From sequence record MT764206.1: a stretch of 64,000 nucleotides of DNA. One strand, 5' to 3'. Positions 18,929 to 28,999 of the stretch are shown one piece after another (position 1 is the first letter of the stretch; every line of letters starts with the position of its first letter). Origin of the DNA: Escherichia phage JEP6. The position numbers and the translations under genes are program-made. The notes under the pieces were generated by a model that saw only the letters and a program-made list of their open reading frames with translations, had not been told where the DNA came from and ran no database searches.

Positions 18929-20205
18929 TGGTGTTTAACCCTATGCATGATTTCTTTATTTTTACCGAGATTAAATCCGCGTTCGTTCGGATTTCCCAAA
19001 TAACCACATGTTCTTCTTATTGTGTTCATCTTTTTAGGATCAGTTTCTCCACAAATAGAACAAACAAATCCGTTTTCAGTAGGAGTCATTTCATGGGTGC
19101 TTCCGCATGTAAAACATTTATCTACTGGCATATTAACACCAAAATAATCTAAATGTTGTGCAGCATAATCCCATACGGCCTCAAGACCTTTTAAGTTATT
19201 TTTCATATCAGGAAGTTCAACATAAGAAATGTGACCACCTGTCGCAATGAAATGATATGGCGCTTCACGAGAAATCTTTTCAAACGGAGTAATATTTTCT
19301 TCTACTGAAACATGGAAACTATTAGTGTACCAACCTTTATCGGTAACATCTTTTACGCTTCCATATTTTTCTGTATCAAGTTTACAGAAGCGATAACAAA
19401 GGTTTTCAGCAGGAGTCGAATATAAACTAAAAGCAAATCCGGTTCTTTCAGTCCACTGTTTAAGATGGGCATTCATTTTAGTTAAAATTTCCTGTCCAAT
19501 ATCACGACCGACAAGAATATTCAATTCATGAATACCAATGTATCCTAAAGACACTGAACTTCTACCGTTTTTAAATAACTCAATTATGTCGTCATCAGGT
19601 TTAAGACGAACCCCAAATGCACCTTCTTGGTAAAGAATAGGAGCAACAGTCGCTTTAACTCCTTTTAAGGAACTAATTCTACACATCAAAGCTTCAAAAC
19701 ACAAATCCATTCGTTCATTGAATAATTCAACAAATTTCTGTTCATTGAACTGTGTTCCAATATAAGAATCTAACGCGATGCGAGGAAGATTCAATGTTAC
19801 AACACCAAGATTATTACGTCCATCAAGAATTTCATTGCCAGTCGAATCTTTCCATACGCTCAAGAAACTACGGCAACCCATTGGAGAAACAGGAACAGAT
19901 GAACCAGTGATAGCTTTATTATTCTTAGCTGAAATAATATCAGGATACATCCTTTTGCTTGCGCACTCTAGAGCAAGCTGCTTAATATCATAGTTCGGAT
20001 CGTCTTTGTAAAGATTAACACCTTCTTCAACAAACATAACAAGCTTAGGGAAAATAGGAGTTATCCCATCACGACCAAGACCTTTAATACGATTTTTCAG
20101 AATTGCTTTCTGAATCATTCGTTCAGTCCAGTCAGTTCCCGTACCAAATGTAATTGTTACAAAAGGCGTTTGTCCGTTTGAACTAAAGAGAGTATTTACT
20201 TCATC
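18925..20205 (-). CDS. nrdD: Anaerobic ribonucleotide reductase, exon 2 (approximate 5' boundary)
   Basis: Glycyl radical motif RRTCGYLG and Zn ribbon CFTCGS...CSICG; the ORF's first ~17 codons are probably intron. Confidence 0.85.
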   Translation of the reverse strand, partial: DEVNTLFSSNGQTPFVTITFGTGTDWTERMIQKAILKNRIKGLGRDGITPIFPKLVMFVEEGVNLYKDDPNYDIKQLALECASKRMYPDIISAKNNKAITGSSVPVSPMGCRSFLSVWKDSTGNEILDGRNNLGVVTLNLPRIALDSYIGTQFNEQKFVELFNERMDLCFEALMCRISSLKGVKATVAPILYQEGAFGVRLKPDDDIIELFKNGRSSVSLGYIGIHELNILVGRDIGQEILTKMNAHLKQWTERTGFAFSLYSTPAENLCYRFCKLDTEKYGSVKDVTDKGWYTNSFHVSVEENITPFEKISREAPYHFIATGGHISYVELPDMKNNLKGLEAVWDYAAQHLDYFGVNMPVDKCFTCGSTHEMTPTENGFVCSICGETDPKKMNTIRRTCGYLGNPNERGFNLGKNKEIMHRVKHQ

Positions 20206-21249
20206 ATTATATTCAGCATGAGTCGCAAATTCATGCCCGTTTATATGAAACAACAAAATTTGGATAGTCCATAGATATGCAACGTTCTTTTATAGTGCTA
20301 GGATGAAAATTTAGCGCTTTAGCTGCTTCTATATAAGACGTATACTTAATACCGTCAACAACCACATATTCAGGAACTTTATGAATAGTAGTCTTAATAC
20401 TCAAAACAAGAGGATGAGTTTCGACTTCACTTTCAGTGCAATTTAAATATTCCGCTGCTTTTTTAAAACTTCTAAAAGTTTTATTTTTAAGCTTTATCGA
20501 TACTTGTTTTTTACTTTTTCGACTATTGATATTATTTTGCACATGTTCCTTAGATCTTCCGTTTTTAGCATAATATTCAGCTACAGAAGATTTTATATTG
20601 TTTTTATGAGATTCGGATAACACTTTACCCTTATGAGCATCTCTTAATTTTTGAATATGTTCTTCAGTATCCGGATGCTTATAAAACTTTTTACCGCCTA
20701 TGGATTTATTTAAACATTTTTTGCTATAAAAATATTTACGTATGACCTCTTCTTCATGTTTTAATGCATCTTTATAACTATCAAATGTTTTTAAAATTAT
20801 CCATTTAGTAGGTGTATCAGTTTTTAAGCGTTCATTTATATACTTAGATGACGTTGTGTAAGTTTTCCAGTTTGTGGGCTTGTTTTTAATTGTTCTAAAT
20901 TTTTTATAACCGATATAAATGTCGCCATTAGAAAACTTAACTAAGTATGTAAATGCGTCTTTATCTTTTATTTTAGTACAACGTCTTTTTATCCATTTCA
21001 TTGTTTCACCTCGTATTCATAAGATAATCTTATTTATACAAGATGACTGCTGCATGTCGCCATGCAGATTAGACTATATCTTCATCTTTCGATGCCGGCC
21101 GTTTCGAATAGCATTAGCTTCTATTCTACACCGCTACATTCATCACGGTTAGTCGTTAGGCATTTAGTTCAAAAGAACATTTAGCACGGGATTGTCTACT
21201 AGAGAGGTTCCCCGTTTAGACCGGTTTTACATGAGCCTGAATTAAATTA
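20206..21249 (-). mobile_element. Group I self-splicing intron in nrdD (boundaries approximate) carrying a homing endonuclease ORF
   Basis: nrdD reading frame interrupted; about 250-nt structured non-coding core at 21002-21249 followed by the endonuclease ORF. Confidence 0.8.
20231..21001 (-). CDS. GIY-YIG homing endonuclease (I-TevII-like) encoded within the nrdD intron
   Basis: AFTYLVKFSNGDIYIGY GIY-YIG motif; basic C-terminal DNA-binding region. Confidence 0.85.
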   Translation of the reverse strand: MKWIKRRCTKIKDKDAFTYLVKFSNGDIYIGYKKFRTIKNKPTNWKTYTTSSKYINERLKTDTPTKWIILKTFDSYKDALKHEEEVIRKYFYSKKCLNKSIGGKKFYKHPDTEEHIQKLRDAHKGKVLSESHKNNIKSSVAEYYAKNGRSKEHVQNNINSRKSKKQVSIKLKNKTFRSFKKAAEYLNCTESEVETHPLVLSIKTTIHKVPEYVVVDGIKYTSYIEAAKALNFHPSTIKERCISMDYPNFVVSYKRA

Positions 21250-21787
21250 ACTCATACGCCTGAAACGCGTCGTATACGTCTTTTTCTGTTTTAGATTGGG
21301 CATAATTCAACGCATCAGCGATTTGCCATTTTTCTGCATCCTCAATATGTTTTGCATAGGTGCGTTTAACATATGGAGAAAGTACTTTATCTACATTCGC
21401 AAAAGTCGTTCCGCCATATTGATGAGAAGCAACCTGTGCAGTAATTTGTGCCATAATTGCAGTAGCAACGCCGATTGATTTAGGAGTTTCAATCTGCGCA
21501 TTACCGAGCTTAAATCCGTTTTCAAGCATTCCTTTTAAATCTACTAAACAGCAATTAGTAAATGGAAGAGCAGGGGAATAATCAATATCATGGAAATGGA
21601 TAATTCCGCTTTCATGCGCTTTCATAATAAAAGACGGGACCATATTTTTGGCAATGTGTTTAGACACAATACCAGCCATAAGGTCCCGTTGAGTTGGAAA
21701 AACACGAGAATCTTTATTAGCATTCTCGTTTAAAAGGTCTTTATTAGTTTTATGAATCAATCCTTCAATTTCTTTTTCAATTGTCAT
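21250..21787 (-). CDS. nrdD: Anaerobic ribonucleotide reductase, exon 1 (approximate 3' boundary)
   Basis: MTIEKEIEGLIHKTNKDLL... N-terminus; ATG overlaps the gene 49 stop. Confidence 0.85.
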
Positions 21788-22257
21788 TTTAAACTCTTTC
21801 TAAGCTGCTTCTTAAATGAAGCTATTAATTGTGTTTTGGTGTCAGATTCATTATATTCAAATCCTCTTTGAAGCATCTCAGCCATCATTTCCTCTTTTCC
21901 TAAACGAGAAAATTCCTTTGATTTATCTCCAACAAAGTTAGGGTGAATATTATTTTGGGTGTAATCGGATTTTAAATAAGTAAGTAAATTTTCTAGCCAT
22001 TCAAGATAATCAACGCCTTGTCCTTTTAAACCAGAACGATTAAATTTATGTTTCATTTGACCTTCTGCAGCATTGCAGAGATTACAAAGCAATCCACGTA
22101 CCTTTCCTGCTTTTGGTCCATTTAATTCATGGTCATGGTCGAGGTGATTAGCTTGAACATCAGGATTTAGTTCTCGTTGGCAAATTAAGCATTTACCGTT
22201 TTGTGCATTATAAAATTTTTGTTTTTCTTCTTTGTATAATTTGCCAGTCAATAACAT
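21784..22257 (-). CDS. 49: Endonuclease VII (Holliday junction resolvase)
   Basis: 157 aa MLLTGKLYKEEKQKFY...; Zn-binding CLICQ...CNLC; HNH-like core. Confidence 0.93.
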   Translation of the reverse strand: MLLTGKLYKEEKQKFYNAQNGKCLICQRELNPDVQANHLDHDHELNGPKAGKVRGLLCNLCNAAEGQMKHKFNRSGLKGQGVDYLEWLENLLTYLKSDYTQNNIHPNFVGDKSKEFSRLGKEEMMAEMLQRGFEYNESDTKTQLIASFKKQLRKSLK

Positions 22258-22264
22258 AATAAAA

Positions 22265-22287
22265 CCCTTACCTTGAATAGATAAGGG
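22265..22287 (-). promoter_or_regulatory. RBS-sequestering hairpin upstream of gene 49, with a late-promoter-like ATAAATA box at 22288-22296
   Basis: mRNA reads AUAAUAAAUA-CCCUUAUC-uauucaa-GGUAAGGG-uuuuauu-AUG; the SD AAGGG sits in the 3' arm. Confidence 0.55.
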
Positions 22288-22299
22288 TATTTATTATTT

Positions 22300-22476
22300 T
22301 CAAGTATTGTAAAACATTCGATGCAATCGCTTATATTGTCGAATCATCTTTTTAGTAGGACGAGAATAAGTTCCTACACAAGTGGTCATATTAGGGTCTG
22401 TAGAATTTCCTTTAATAAAAAGTTTCCAAACCTTACCGCCATTTAACTTTTCAGTATAAATCAATTCAGTTTTCAT
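22300..22476 (-). CDS. Small hypothetical protein (49.1 position)
   Basis: 58-codon ORF MKTELIYTEKLNGG...; ATG overlaps the upstream stop (TAATG); below the track cutoff. Confidence 0.35.
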   Translation of the reverse strand: MKTELIYTEKLNGGKVWKLFIKGNSTDPNMTTCVGTYSRPTKKMIRQYKRLHRMFYNT

Positions 22477-22940
22477 TAAAATGCTCGGTCAGAAAAAGAA
22501 ATTTGAGTTTCAAGCCATTCAATATATTCTGCCGCAGCTTGCATCAAATTTCCTTCATAACCATCGTTGTTTTCTTGCGCAGCTAATTTAGCTAATGCAT
22601 ATGAAATGCGTTCACCTTGAAAAGCGGCTTTAGGTTTATGAATAGCTTGATCAACTCGTTCTACAACTTCTTCAATTTCGCCATTTTCTACTGATTCAGT
22701 ATTCCACAAGCACCAATACGTAATTGGCTTATCGTAGATGTTAATAACCTTTCCATCAGAAAGTTCAATTTCAATAATTCCAGTATCAGGTTCTATATCA
22801 TCTTCACATTCTTTTGCGAGTTCACGAACTTTAAAGACAGTACCTGCACTAAGTTCTGGCCAATAATTACATAGCCCTTTATCAGCACGATTAATTCTAA
22901 ACCACTTATCTACTGTAATCATGTCCCATCTCCATATCAA
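22476..22940 (-). CDS. Hypothetical acidic protein; possibly the Lon-protease inhibitor pin by position
   Basis: 154 aa ORF at the expected pin position; identity not confirmed. Confidence 0.4.
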   Translation of the reverse strand: MIWRWDMITVDKWFRINRADKGLCNYWPELSAGTVFKVRELAKECEDDIEPDTGIIEIELSDGKVINIYDKPITYWCLWNTESVENGEIEEVVERVDQAIHKPKAAFQGERISYALAKLAAQENNDGYEGNLMQAAAEYIEWLETQISFSDRAF

Positions 22941-23045
22941 TTAAGTCATTTATCGTAGGTTCATTATATACTATTTCTTCATCAGTGTAAACCGGTTCTT
23001 CCGGCTCTGGCTCTACAGTTTCCCATCTAGCCGCCCACCAGGGTT

Positions 23046-23366
23046 TTATAGCGTAATCCATTCTCGTATTGTCTGAGTTACTACACGTTCACGGGGCTCG
23101 ACCAGTTCAACAGTCGGAACTGCATAATACCAGTCAGAATGGTAAGAACCTGAACGGCATTCATTTACGGAAACATGTACATTATGTTTTGGACTAAAAT
23201 AAACACACTGACGATATTGACATTTACCGTCTTGCACCCAGTCTTCTATTTCGATAGGTTTAAGATAATCCGAAAAATCGAAATCATAATTTTCTGAAAA
23301 TGCATCATGGTCTTCGATGATTTCACTCAGAACTGCATCAACATCTAATTTATTTTCAATATTCAT
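23046..23366 (-). CDS. Hypothetical acidic protein
   Basis: 106 aa ORF. Confidence 0.5.
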   Translation of the reverse strand: MNIENKLDVDAVLSEIIEDHDAFSENYDFDFSDYLKPIEIEDWVQDGKCQYRQCVYFSPKHNVHVSVNECRSGSYHSDWYYAVPTVELVEPRERVVTQTIREWITL

Positions 23367-23376
23367 TTTTCACCAA

Positions 23377-23586
23377 TTAATTTCGCAATTTATTAAGTTC
23401 TTCATAATCAATCCAGGATTCTAGTCCTGATGGCAAATCAGATTCAATTTCCCAAAGAAGCTCTTCAATTTTCTGAAGACGTTCTAATTCTTCAGCTGGA
23501 ATAGTAACCATTGATGGAGCTCTTGATACGCTAATATCGTAAATCATATTTACCCCAGTTTGACCATACAATCGCCATATTTCCAT
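23377..23586 (-). CDS. Hypothetical protein
   Basis: 69 aa ORF. Confidence 0.45.
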   Translation of the reverse strand: MEIWRLYGQTGVNMIYDISVSRAPSMVTIPAEELERLQKIEELLWEIESDLPSGLESWIDYEELNKLRN

Positions 23587-23765
23587 TTAGAAATAGACTT
23601 TTCACCATTAGAATAATAAACTTCGAGTTTAGCACGGCCATTTTTAATTTGAATAACCTTTGCTGTCATCAAAGTTCCATACCCATAATAAACTGCAACC
23701 TCATCACCTACATATACCGCGCTTCCGCGGTAGTCATGGATATAATCAGTTCCTTCGAGCATCAT
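23550..23765 (-). CDS. Hypothetical protein
   Basis: 71 aa ORF. Confidence 0.45.
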   Translation of the reverse strand: MMLEGTDYIHDYRGSAVYVGDEVAVYYGYGTLMTAKVIQIKNGRAKLEVYYSNGEKSISKWKYGDCMVKLG

Positions 23766-24025
23766 TTAAAGTATTCCCGCAATTGGTCAAATCCACCAAT
23801 ATGACTTCCATCAGGAGCAAATACTTGTGGCATCGTCAGTCCAATTTGAGTATCACGACCCAGTTTAGTTAGAAGCTCAGCGATTTTCTCATCATCAAAA
23901 ACACCTTTTTCCGGCATAATGTTGATAAATTCAAACGGCTGTTTCTTCACAGTCAAGAGACGTTTTGCATTATCGCAATACACACATTTGTGGATGTTGC
24001 TATCATAACCATATACTTTAAACAT
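23762..24025 (-). CDS. nrdC: Thioredoxin/glutaredoxin for ribonucleotide reductase
   Basis: 87 aa MFKVYGYDSNIHKCVYCDNAKRL... with CVYC active site. Confidence 0.92.
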   Translation of the reverse strand: MFKVYGYDSNIHKCVYCDNAKRLLTVKKQPFEFINIMPEKGVFDDEKIAELLTKLGRDTQIGLTMPQVFAPDGSHIGGFDQLREYFK

Positions 24026-24026
24026 A

Positions 24027-24317
24027 TTATTCCTTAATTCCTAGTACTTGTTTAAAAGTCTCGTCGTAATCAAGACTTTGACCTGTTTGTTCTTTATGTT
24101 TGTATATAATATCACTTACTTCTGATAGCATATTTTTATATGAACGAGTTAAAGCAGATTTAAGCACGCTGTATCTATCAGGAAATTTACCATGTTCATT
24201 ATAATAAGCTATTGCTAATTCACGGACTGCCTTTTCAGCAGTCTCCATATATTCTTTACGCTTGGTCATTTTCTTCTCGGTTAAATCGGTGTTTGCAATG
24301 ACGACATTTATATTCAA
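24027..24317 (-). CDS. Hypothetical protein
   Basis: 96 aa ORF. Confidence 0.5.
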
Positions 24318-24573
24318 GCTCTGGTTTACGCCAGTTAATCAATTGGACCTGTTCAGTACCACATTTTGGGCAATTCGGAACATTCTTAGAAGCCCTTTCG
24401 CGGCGTTCAACCATAACCATAATGGCATCCCAAGCAGGAGGTTTAAAGTCTAGATCGTCACAGCCATGAATCTTTCCACGCATTTCCAAATCGTCTTCTT
24501 CACCAGCCATAATAATTTTAATTAGACTAGAATTACTTGAAGCTGCAATGTCTTCTAATAGACGCTTTTTCAT
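24256..24573 (-). CDS. Zinc-ribbon protein
   Basis: CPKCG ... CRHC pairs; 105 aa. Confidence 0.5.
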
Positions 24574-25499
24574 TTCAATACCTCAATAGCATTGCGTAAA
24601 CCATTTGCTTTGGCGGTTAAAGCCTTAAGAACTTTAGTATGCTCTTCAATTTGTTTTTCAACTTCAATCAAACGAGCATTGAGATATTCGCGTTCTTCAC
24701 TCAGATTATCAGCCTTTTCTGCTTTAGGTTCTTTTACAACTTGCTTATATGTATTAGGGTTCTTCAGTTTAATTAGAATGCGTGAACTGTACAGCATTGA
24801 ACCATTATCTTCGGTTTCGTCATACATTTCCACTACGTCCATCATCTCCACCATCGTGCAGAGTTTATAAGACAACGAACGAATAATTTTGTTGTGCTTA
24901 TTAATTTCTCTAGCTGTCATGGTGCCGAGATTACGTGAGTAATAATAAGGAACCTGGATATTAATTAATACTGATGAACCACCTGGCTTGTGTGTTACTT
25001 CATCAGCAATAACCCAATCCTTAACATGAACTGTATTTGTACGGTCATCGCCCGCGGTAAATAGTTTACGAGCATGCTTAAAAAGCATATTCACTTGGTC
25101 ATTGAATTGACAAGCGAATTTATCAGCAAATTTAGTTTCGGGAATGGTAGATAACCAATCAGCCAAATGGGTCTTTTTAACATCGTTAACAATAGTAAAT
25201 TCAACCAAATCGGTTATAGATGTCTCAGATTTAATGAAGCTCGGCTTCATAAAGTTTTTAATGTTATCACTAGCTACAGTAGAAGATAACAGACGAGAAC
25301 GTTTAAACCATTGAAGCAAATTGCCTAACGAATGTGAATACGCATTTTGTGTATCTTTACAAATATGGTTTTCCCATCCAATATAGTCTAAAAAATCACG
25401 AAGAATATTATTGATTACTGCTCTGTGTCCTATCTGATAATTACGATGTTTAGTAATAAGACTGTCAAAATAATCAATATAATGTTTACGAGTTTTCAT
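24570..25499 (-). CDS. Hypothetical protein, member 1 of a tandem paralogue array (C-terminal coiled coil)
   Basis: 309 aa; shares the FK(R/E)SRLLS motif with the next ORF. Confidence 0.55.
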   Translation of the reverse strand: MKTRKHYIDYFDSLITKHRNYQIGHRAVINNILRDFLDYIGWENHICKDTQNAYSHSLGNLLQWFKRSRLLSSTVASDNIKNFMKPSFIKSETSITDLVEFTIVNDVKKTHLADWLSTIPETKFADKFACQFNDQVNMLFKHARKLFTAGDDRTNTVHVKDWVIADEVTHKPGGSSVLINIQVPYYYSRNLGTMTAREINKHNKIIRSLSYKLCTMVEMMDVVEMYDETEDNGSMLYSSRILIKLKNPNTYKQVVKEPKAEKADNLSEEREYLNARLIEVEKQIEEHTKVLKALTAKANGLRNAIEVLK

Positions 25500-25551
25500 G
25501 TTCTTCTCACTTGGTTAATGATTTATACTCCGAGCCATCCTTGGCTTTAAA

Positions 25552-26553
25552 TTACTTAATTAACTGTAAAGCTTGTTCCAGACGATCAAGACGATTAACA
25601 GATTCTTCCCAAATCCTTTTAGCCTGCTCATATTCTTTCTGCGCTTTATTAGAAATTTCTAGAACTTCTTTATAAGCTTTTTCTAGTGCAATAACTTCTG
25701 GACGAATTTCTATCGGTTCAGGTGAATCATCAAGACATTCCATTAGTTCCTCAAGGGTAGTTTCTTCTTTAGGAGTATTCACAATTTCATCACATTTTTG
25801 TTGGTAAATTTCTTTATCAGTTAGTGAATAAGCACATTTCACTTCACGAAGGCTAATTACGAGTTTATATCCTTCCCAGCCGCATATATTCTTAAAAGGA
25901 TATGTATGAATACTTTTTACAGTTTCCATACAGCCCAAAGCCGCCTCTAATTGATGAGTTATAGTGCTAGCAATTGAGAAAAATTTATTAATGTTCTTTT
26001 GGTTAGCTTCTGGTGTAAAAAATCTGTAATTAATAAAAATAGCTACTTTGTTTTTATCAAGCTCATATTCTTCTGCTATAATCATATCATCAGCTAAGGG
26101 ATGAATTTGACGATAATCGCCATAACATAATTTAGAAGCTGATTTTAGAATTTGCTTCGTAAAACTCCTAAATTCACTAACCCAACGACGAGTAAAAATA
26201 TTCTCAGGGTCTTCTTTAGTATTAAGATGATAAGTATTAACATCACCGAACCAATTATATCCTACTACATCTTTGGTTCGTTTAATTTCTTTCCCAAAAT
26301 TACCAAGAATATCCCGATTAACCAAATATGAAAGAAGACGAGACTCTTTAAAGGTTTTCTTGATAAGATCTTTATCTACACGGCTAGAAATTTTACGAAT
26401 TTCATGAATAAATTTAGTAGAAGAAACAATACTTGCATCAACACTATTGAGCCATTGATTGATAATAGAAAGAACGCTATTTTGGCCAAACATCGGTATA
26501 GCTTTATCATCAATAACGCTATTGAATGATTTGATATATTCGTTACGAGTCAT
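25552..26553 (-). CDS. Hypothetical protein, paralogue array member 2
   Basis: ATG at 26553 with GAGGAG SD; shares motifs FKESRLLSYLV and F(R)xxTKQILKSASKL with neighbours. Confidence 0.55.
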   Translation of the reverse strand: MTRNEYIKSFNSVIDDKAIPMFGQNSVLSIINQWLNSVDASIVSSTKFIHEIRKISSRVDKDLIKKTFKESRLLSYLVNRDILGNFGKEIKRTKDVVGYNWFGDVNTYHLNTKEDPENIFTRRWVSEFRSFTKQILKSASKLCYGDYRQIHPLADDMIIAEEYELDKNKVAIFINYRFFTPEANQKNINKFFSIASTITHQLEAALGCMETVKSIHTYPFKNICGWEGYKLVISLREVKCAYSLTDKEIYQQKCDEIVNTPKEETTLEELMECLDDSPEPIEIRPEVIALEKAYKEVLEISNKAQKEYEQAKRIWEESVNRLDRLEQALQLIK

Positions 26554-26610
26554 AATAATCTCCTCAGTAGAAAGTAAAAACATTATACCACATCCTTGTG
26601 GCAAAGTAAA

Positions 26611-27633
26611 CTAGTTCAGTGCATTTAGTGCATTGTTCAGTTTAGAACGTTGCTTTGTCAGATTTTGAACCCTTGACTGAGCTTGTTTTAACACCTTTTC
26701 AGCTTCTAACACTTCATTGGTCGCTTTAACGAGTTCATCATCTACTGCCTTAAGAGACTTCTCAATCGCGTCAGCGTGCCATTTTTCTACAGGTTTAAAA
26801 TTTGAATTTTCAGTAGGAAGAAAACTCACTTTATTAAGTTTACATGCATCTATATTGCTTGAGCTATACATCCAAAATTTAGGATCGTTTGATGAGTAAT
26901 TAGATGAATTTAAGGTATTTTGCACTTCCTGCTTTTTCTCTTGAACAATTTCATCCTTTCTCAAAAATTCATATTTAAATGAAACGATCATATCAAGTTC
27001 ATATGTTGTTGTATGTTCCCAATTTCGCTCAAAATGAGGTAAAATCTTAGATTGAACAGCAGCAACAACATCCATATACTTAAATGCTTCTGTCAGCTGT
27101 GATTTAAGACATTCACAAATTGAAAGAGAATTTTTTGTATTAGGTTTAAAGCTAATTCGTGCAGTTCTATTATTTTCTTTTAATGGTCTTACTTCCATCT
27201 GAAGAGTATAACCATCAAATTTCAGGTTCTTTAAGTTAATGTCAGAACCTTTTAATCGACTCGCAATTGATAAAATTTGTTTTAATTGTTTACGGAATAG
27301 AGCAATAAATCTCCATTCAAGACGATAATGATTTGGATTAAAAAATCCAGTTGATAGATCAGTCTTACTTTGACCAACGCCTCGAACAAATAGAGGATTT
27401 TTATAATCAATAGTTTTACAGAAATCGGTGAGCTGCTCGCGAGCAGTCATTTGTGTAATATACCCTGCTTTACTAAAATTACGCACCCATTCACTGCTAT
27501 TCGTATACTTAAAGTGATGAATAACACGATTAACTTTATCAGGGTCTAAATTATTTTCACACAAAAATGTCATAACATCACGAGTATAACTGGCATTACG
27601 AACCATATCTTCAATTTGAGAACGAGTTTTCAT
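26611..27633 (-). CDS. Hypothetical protein, paralogue array member 3
   Basis: 340 aa; FRKQLKQILSIASRL motif; C-terminal coiled coil. Confidence 0.55.
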   Translation of the reverse strand: MKTRSQIEDMVRNASYTRDVMTFLCENNLDPDKVNRVIHHFKYTNSSEWVRNFSKAGYITQMTAREQLTDFCKTIDYKNPLFVRGVGQSKTDLSTGFFNPNHYRLEWRFIALFRKQLKQILSIASRLKGSDINLKNLKFDGYTLQMEVRPLKENNRTARISFKPNTKNSLSICECLKSQLTEAFKYMDVVAAVQSKILPHFERNWEHTTTYELDMIVSFKYEFLRKDEIVQEKKQEVQNTLNSSNYSSNDPKFWMYSSSNIDACKLNKVSFLPTENSNFKPVEKWHADAIEKSLKAVDDELVKATNEVLEAEKVLKQAQSRVQNLTKQRSKLNNALNALN

Positions 27634-27641
27634 GGTGTTCC

Positions 27642-28529
27642 TTAAGATTTAAGTAAATCAACAATTTTAATTAATTTTTCACGTTCAGATTTAGCTTTAC
27701 TACTCAATCCAGATAGTCTGAAAATTTCATCGTCATATTGTTGAATAGAAATATTCAGCTCTTCAATTTGCTTATTAAAATAATCAATTTGTTCAGAATG
27801 CTTTTCATTACTGCGAACTGGTACAGGTTTTGTAGGCAATTTAGATGAACTGGATTCATCTGGGCGATAAATTAAAATGCAATTTGAACCAATCGGACAT
27901 TTAGCACCAGACACATATTCTAATGTTCCGGCTTCTTTTAAAACTTCAAAGGCTAAACAGAGATGATGCCCCATATTAACATAATCTGTAGAGCGAGCTC
28001 TGACGTAATAATCATCTCCACGAGTGCTAAATTTAAAGCATTTAAGGTCTTCTGTATTATTGGTCTTAAAAATCATTTGTTTATCTAGACCTTTAGCTAA
28101 TCGAGCACCTAATGCTAATAATCGTCGTTGATTTTCCCACAAATCCGCAATCATTTGGTCGAATGATAATTTTGGCATTAGTCGACCATAAAGGTCATAT
28201 CCTTTATTATAATTGCGAAGAATTTCACTCGCATTAATACGAGACAATGCTCCAATTTTATTAAGGGCTTTCATGATGCGATTAGATAAAAGCATTCCAG
28301 ACCCGTTTGTTCGTTGTAAATGTTTTTCTAATCCAAATCCAATATCAACTTTAAACTTATCTAAAATTTCGGCGTGAACATCTTTATCGATAACATTTAA
28401 ATTTAGTACTGGGTTAAATTTATGAAAAAATTTATCTGACTCGTCGCGTTGAAGTACAGTCCATTCATTTGATTTTTTATTAACTAAAGATTTAATTACT
28501 GCATTGACATTATTAATTGCTACTGACAT
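27642..28529 (-). CDS. Hypothetical protein, paralogue array member 4
   Basis: ATG at 28529 with GAGG SD; C-terminal coiled coil. Confidence 0.5.
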   Translation of the reverse strand: MSVAINNVNAVIKSLVNKKSNEWTVLQRDESDKFFHKFNPVLNLNVIDKDVHAEILDKFKVDIGFGLEKHLQRTNGSGMLLSNRIMKALNKIGALSRINASEILRNYNKGYDLYGRLMPKLSFDQMIADLWENQRRLLALGARLAKGLDKQMIFKTNNTEDLKCFKFSTRGDDYYVRARSTDYVNMGHHLCLAFEVLKEAGTLEYVSGAKCPIGSNCILIYRPDESSSSKLPTKPVPVRSNEKHSEQIDYFNKQIEELNISIQQYDDEIFRLSGLSSKAKSEREKLIKIVDLLKS

Positions 28530-28536
28530 ATTTTCC

Positions 28537-28944
28537 TCACTCAATTTCAATTTTACTAAATACACAGAATATGATGGAAAAGACTATATAAGCACCGCAT
28601 ACAGATTGAACTAATACCATTCCAAAGAACCAAACAATATTATCAAACAATGTCTGTTTTACGTCGAAAGGACGTAAACTTACAGTAATATTATCACCTT
28701 TTTCTATTGAAGAATACATCTCTGGGGAAATATATTCACTAAATCTATAACCGTCTTTGAGTTCATATATAGCAATAAACGATAAACTAGACCCCTTTCC
28801 TTGTGTTCCTGTAATAGTATTAACTACAGTAACATCATAATCTTTATAATGCATATAATCATTAATTGCGTAATAACCATATGCAATTACTATACATAAA
28901 CAACATATCAATAAATTCAATCTTTTAATTATCAACTGTTTCAT
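28537..28944 (-). CDS. Membrane protein
   Basis: 135 aa with N- and C-terminal TM helices. Confidence 0.5.
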   Translation of the reverse strand: MKQLIIKRLNLLICCLCIVIAYGYYAINDYMHYKDYDVTVVNTITGTQGKGSSLSFIAIYELKDGYRFSEYISPEMYSSIEKGDNITVSLRPFDVKQTLFDNIVWFFGMVLVQSVCGAYIVFSIIFCVFSKIEIE

Positions 28945-28999
28945 AATAATCTCAATTAAAAGGGCTTAGAACCATTATACCATCCTTGGTATAAAGCGG

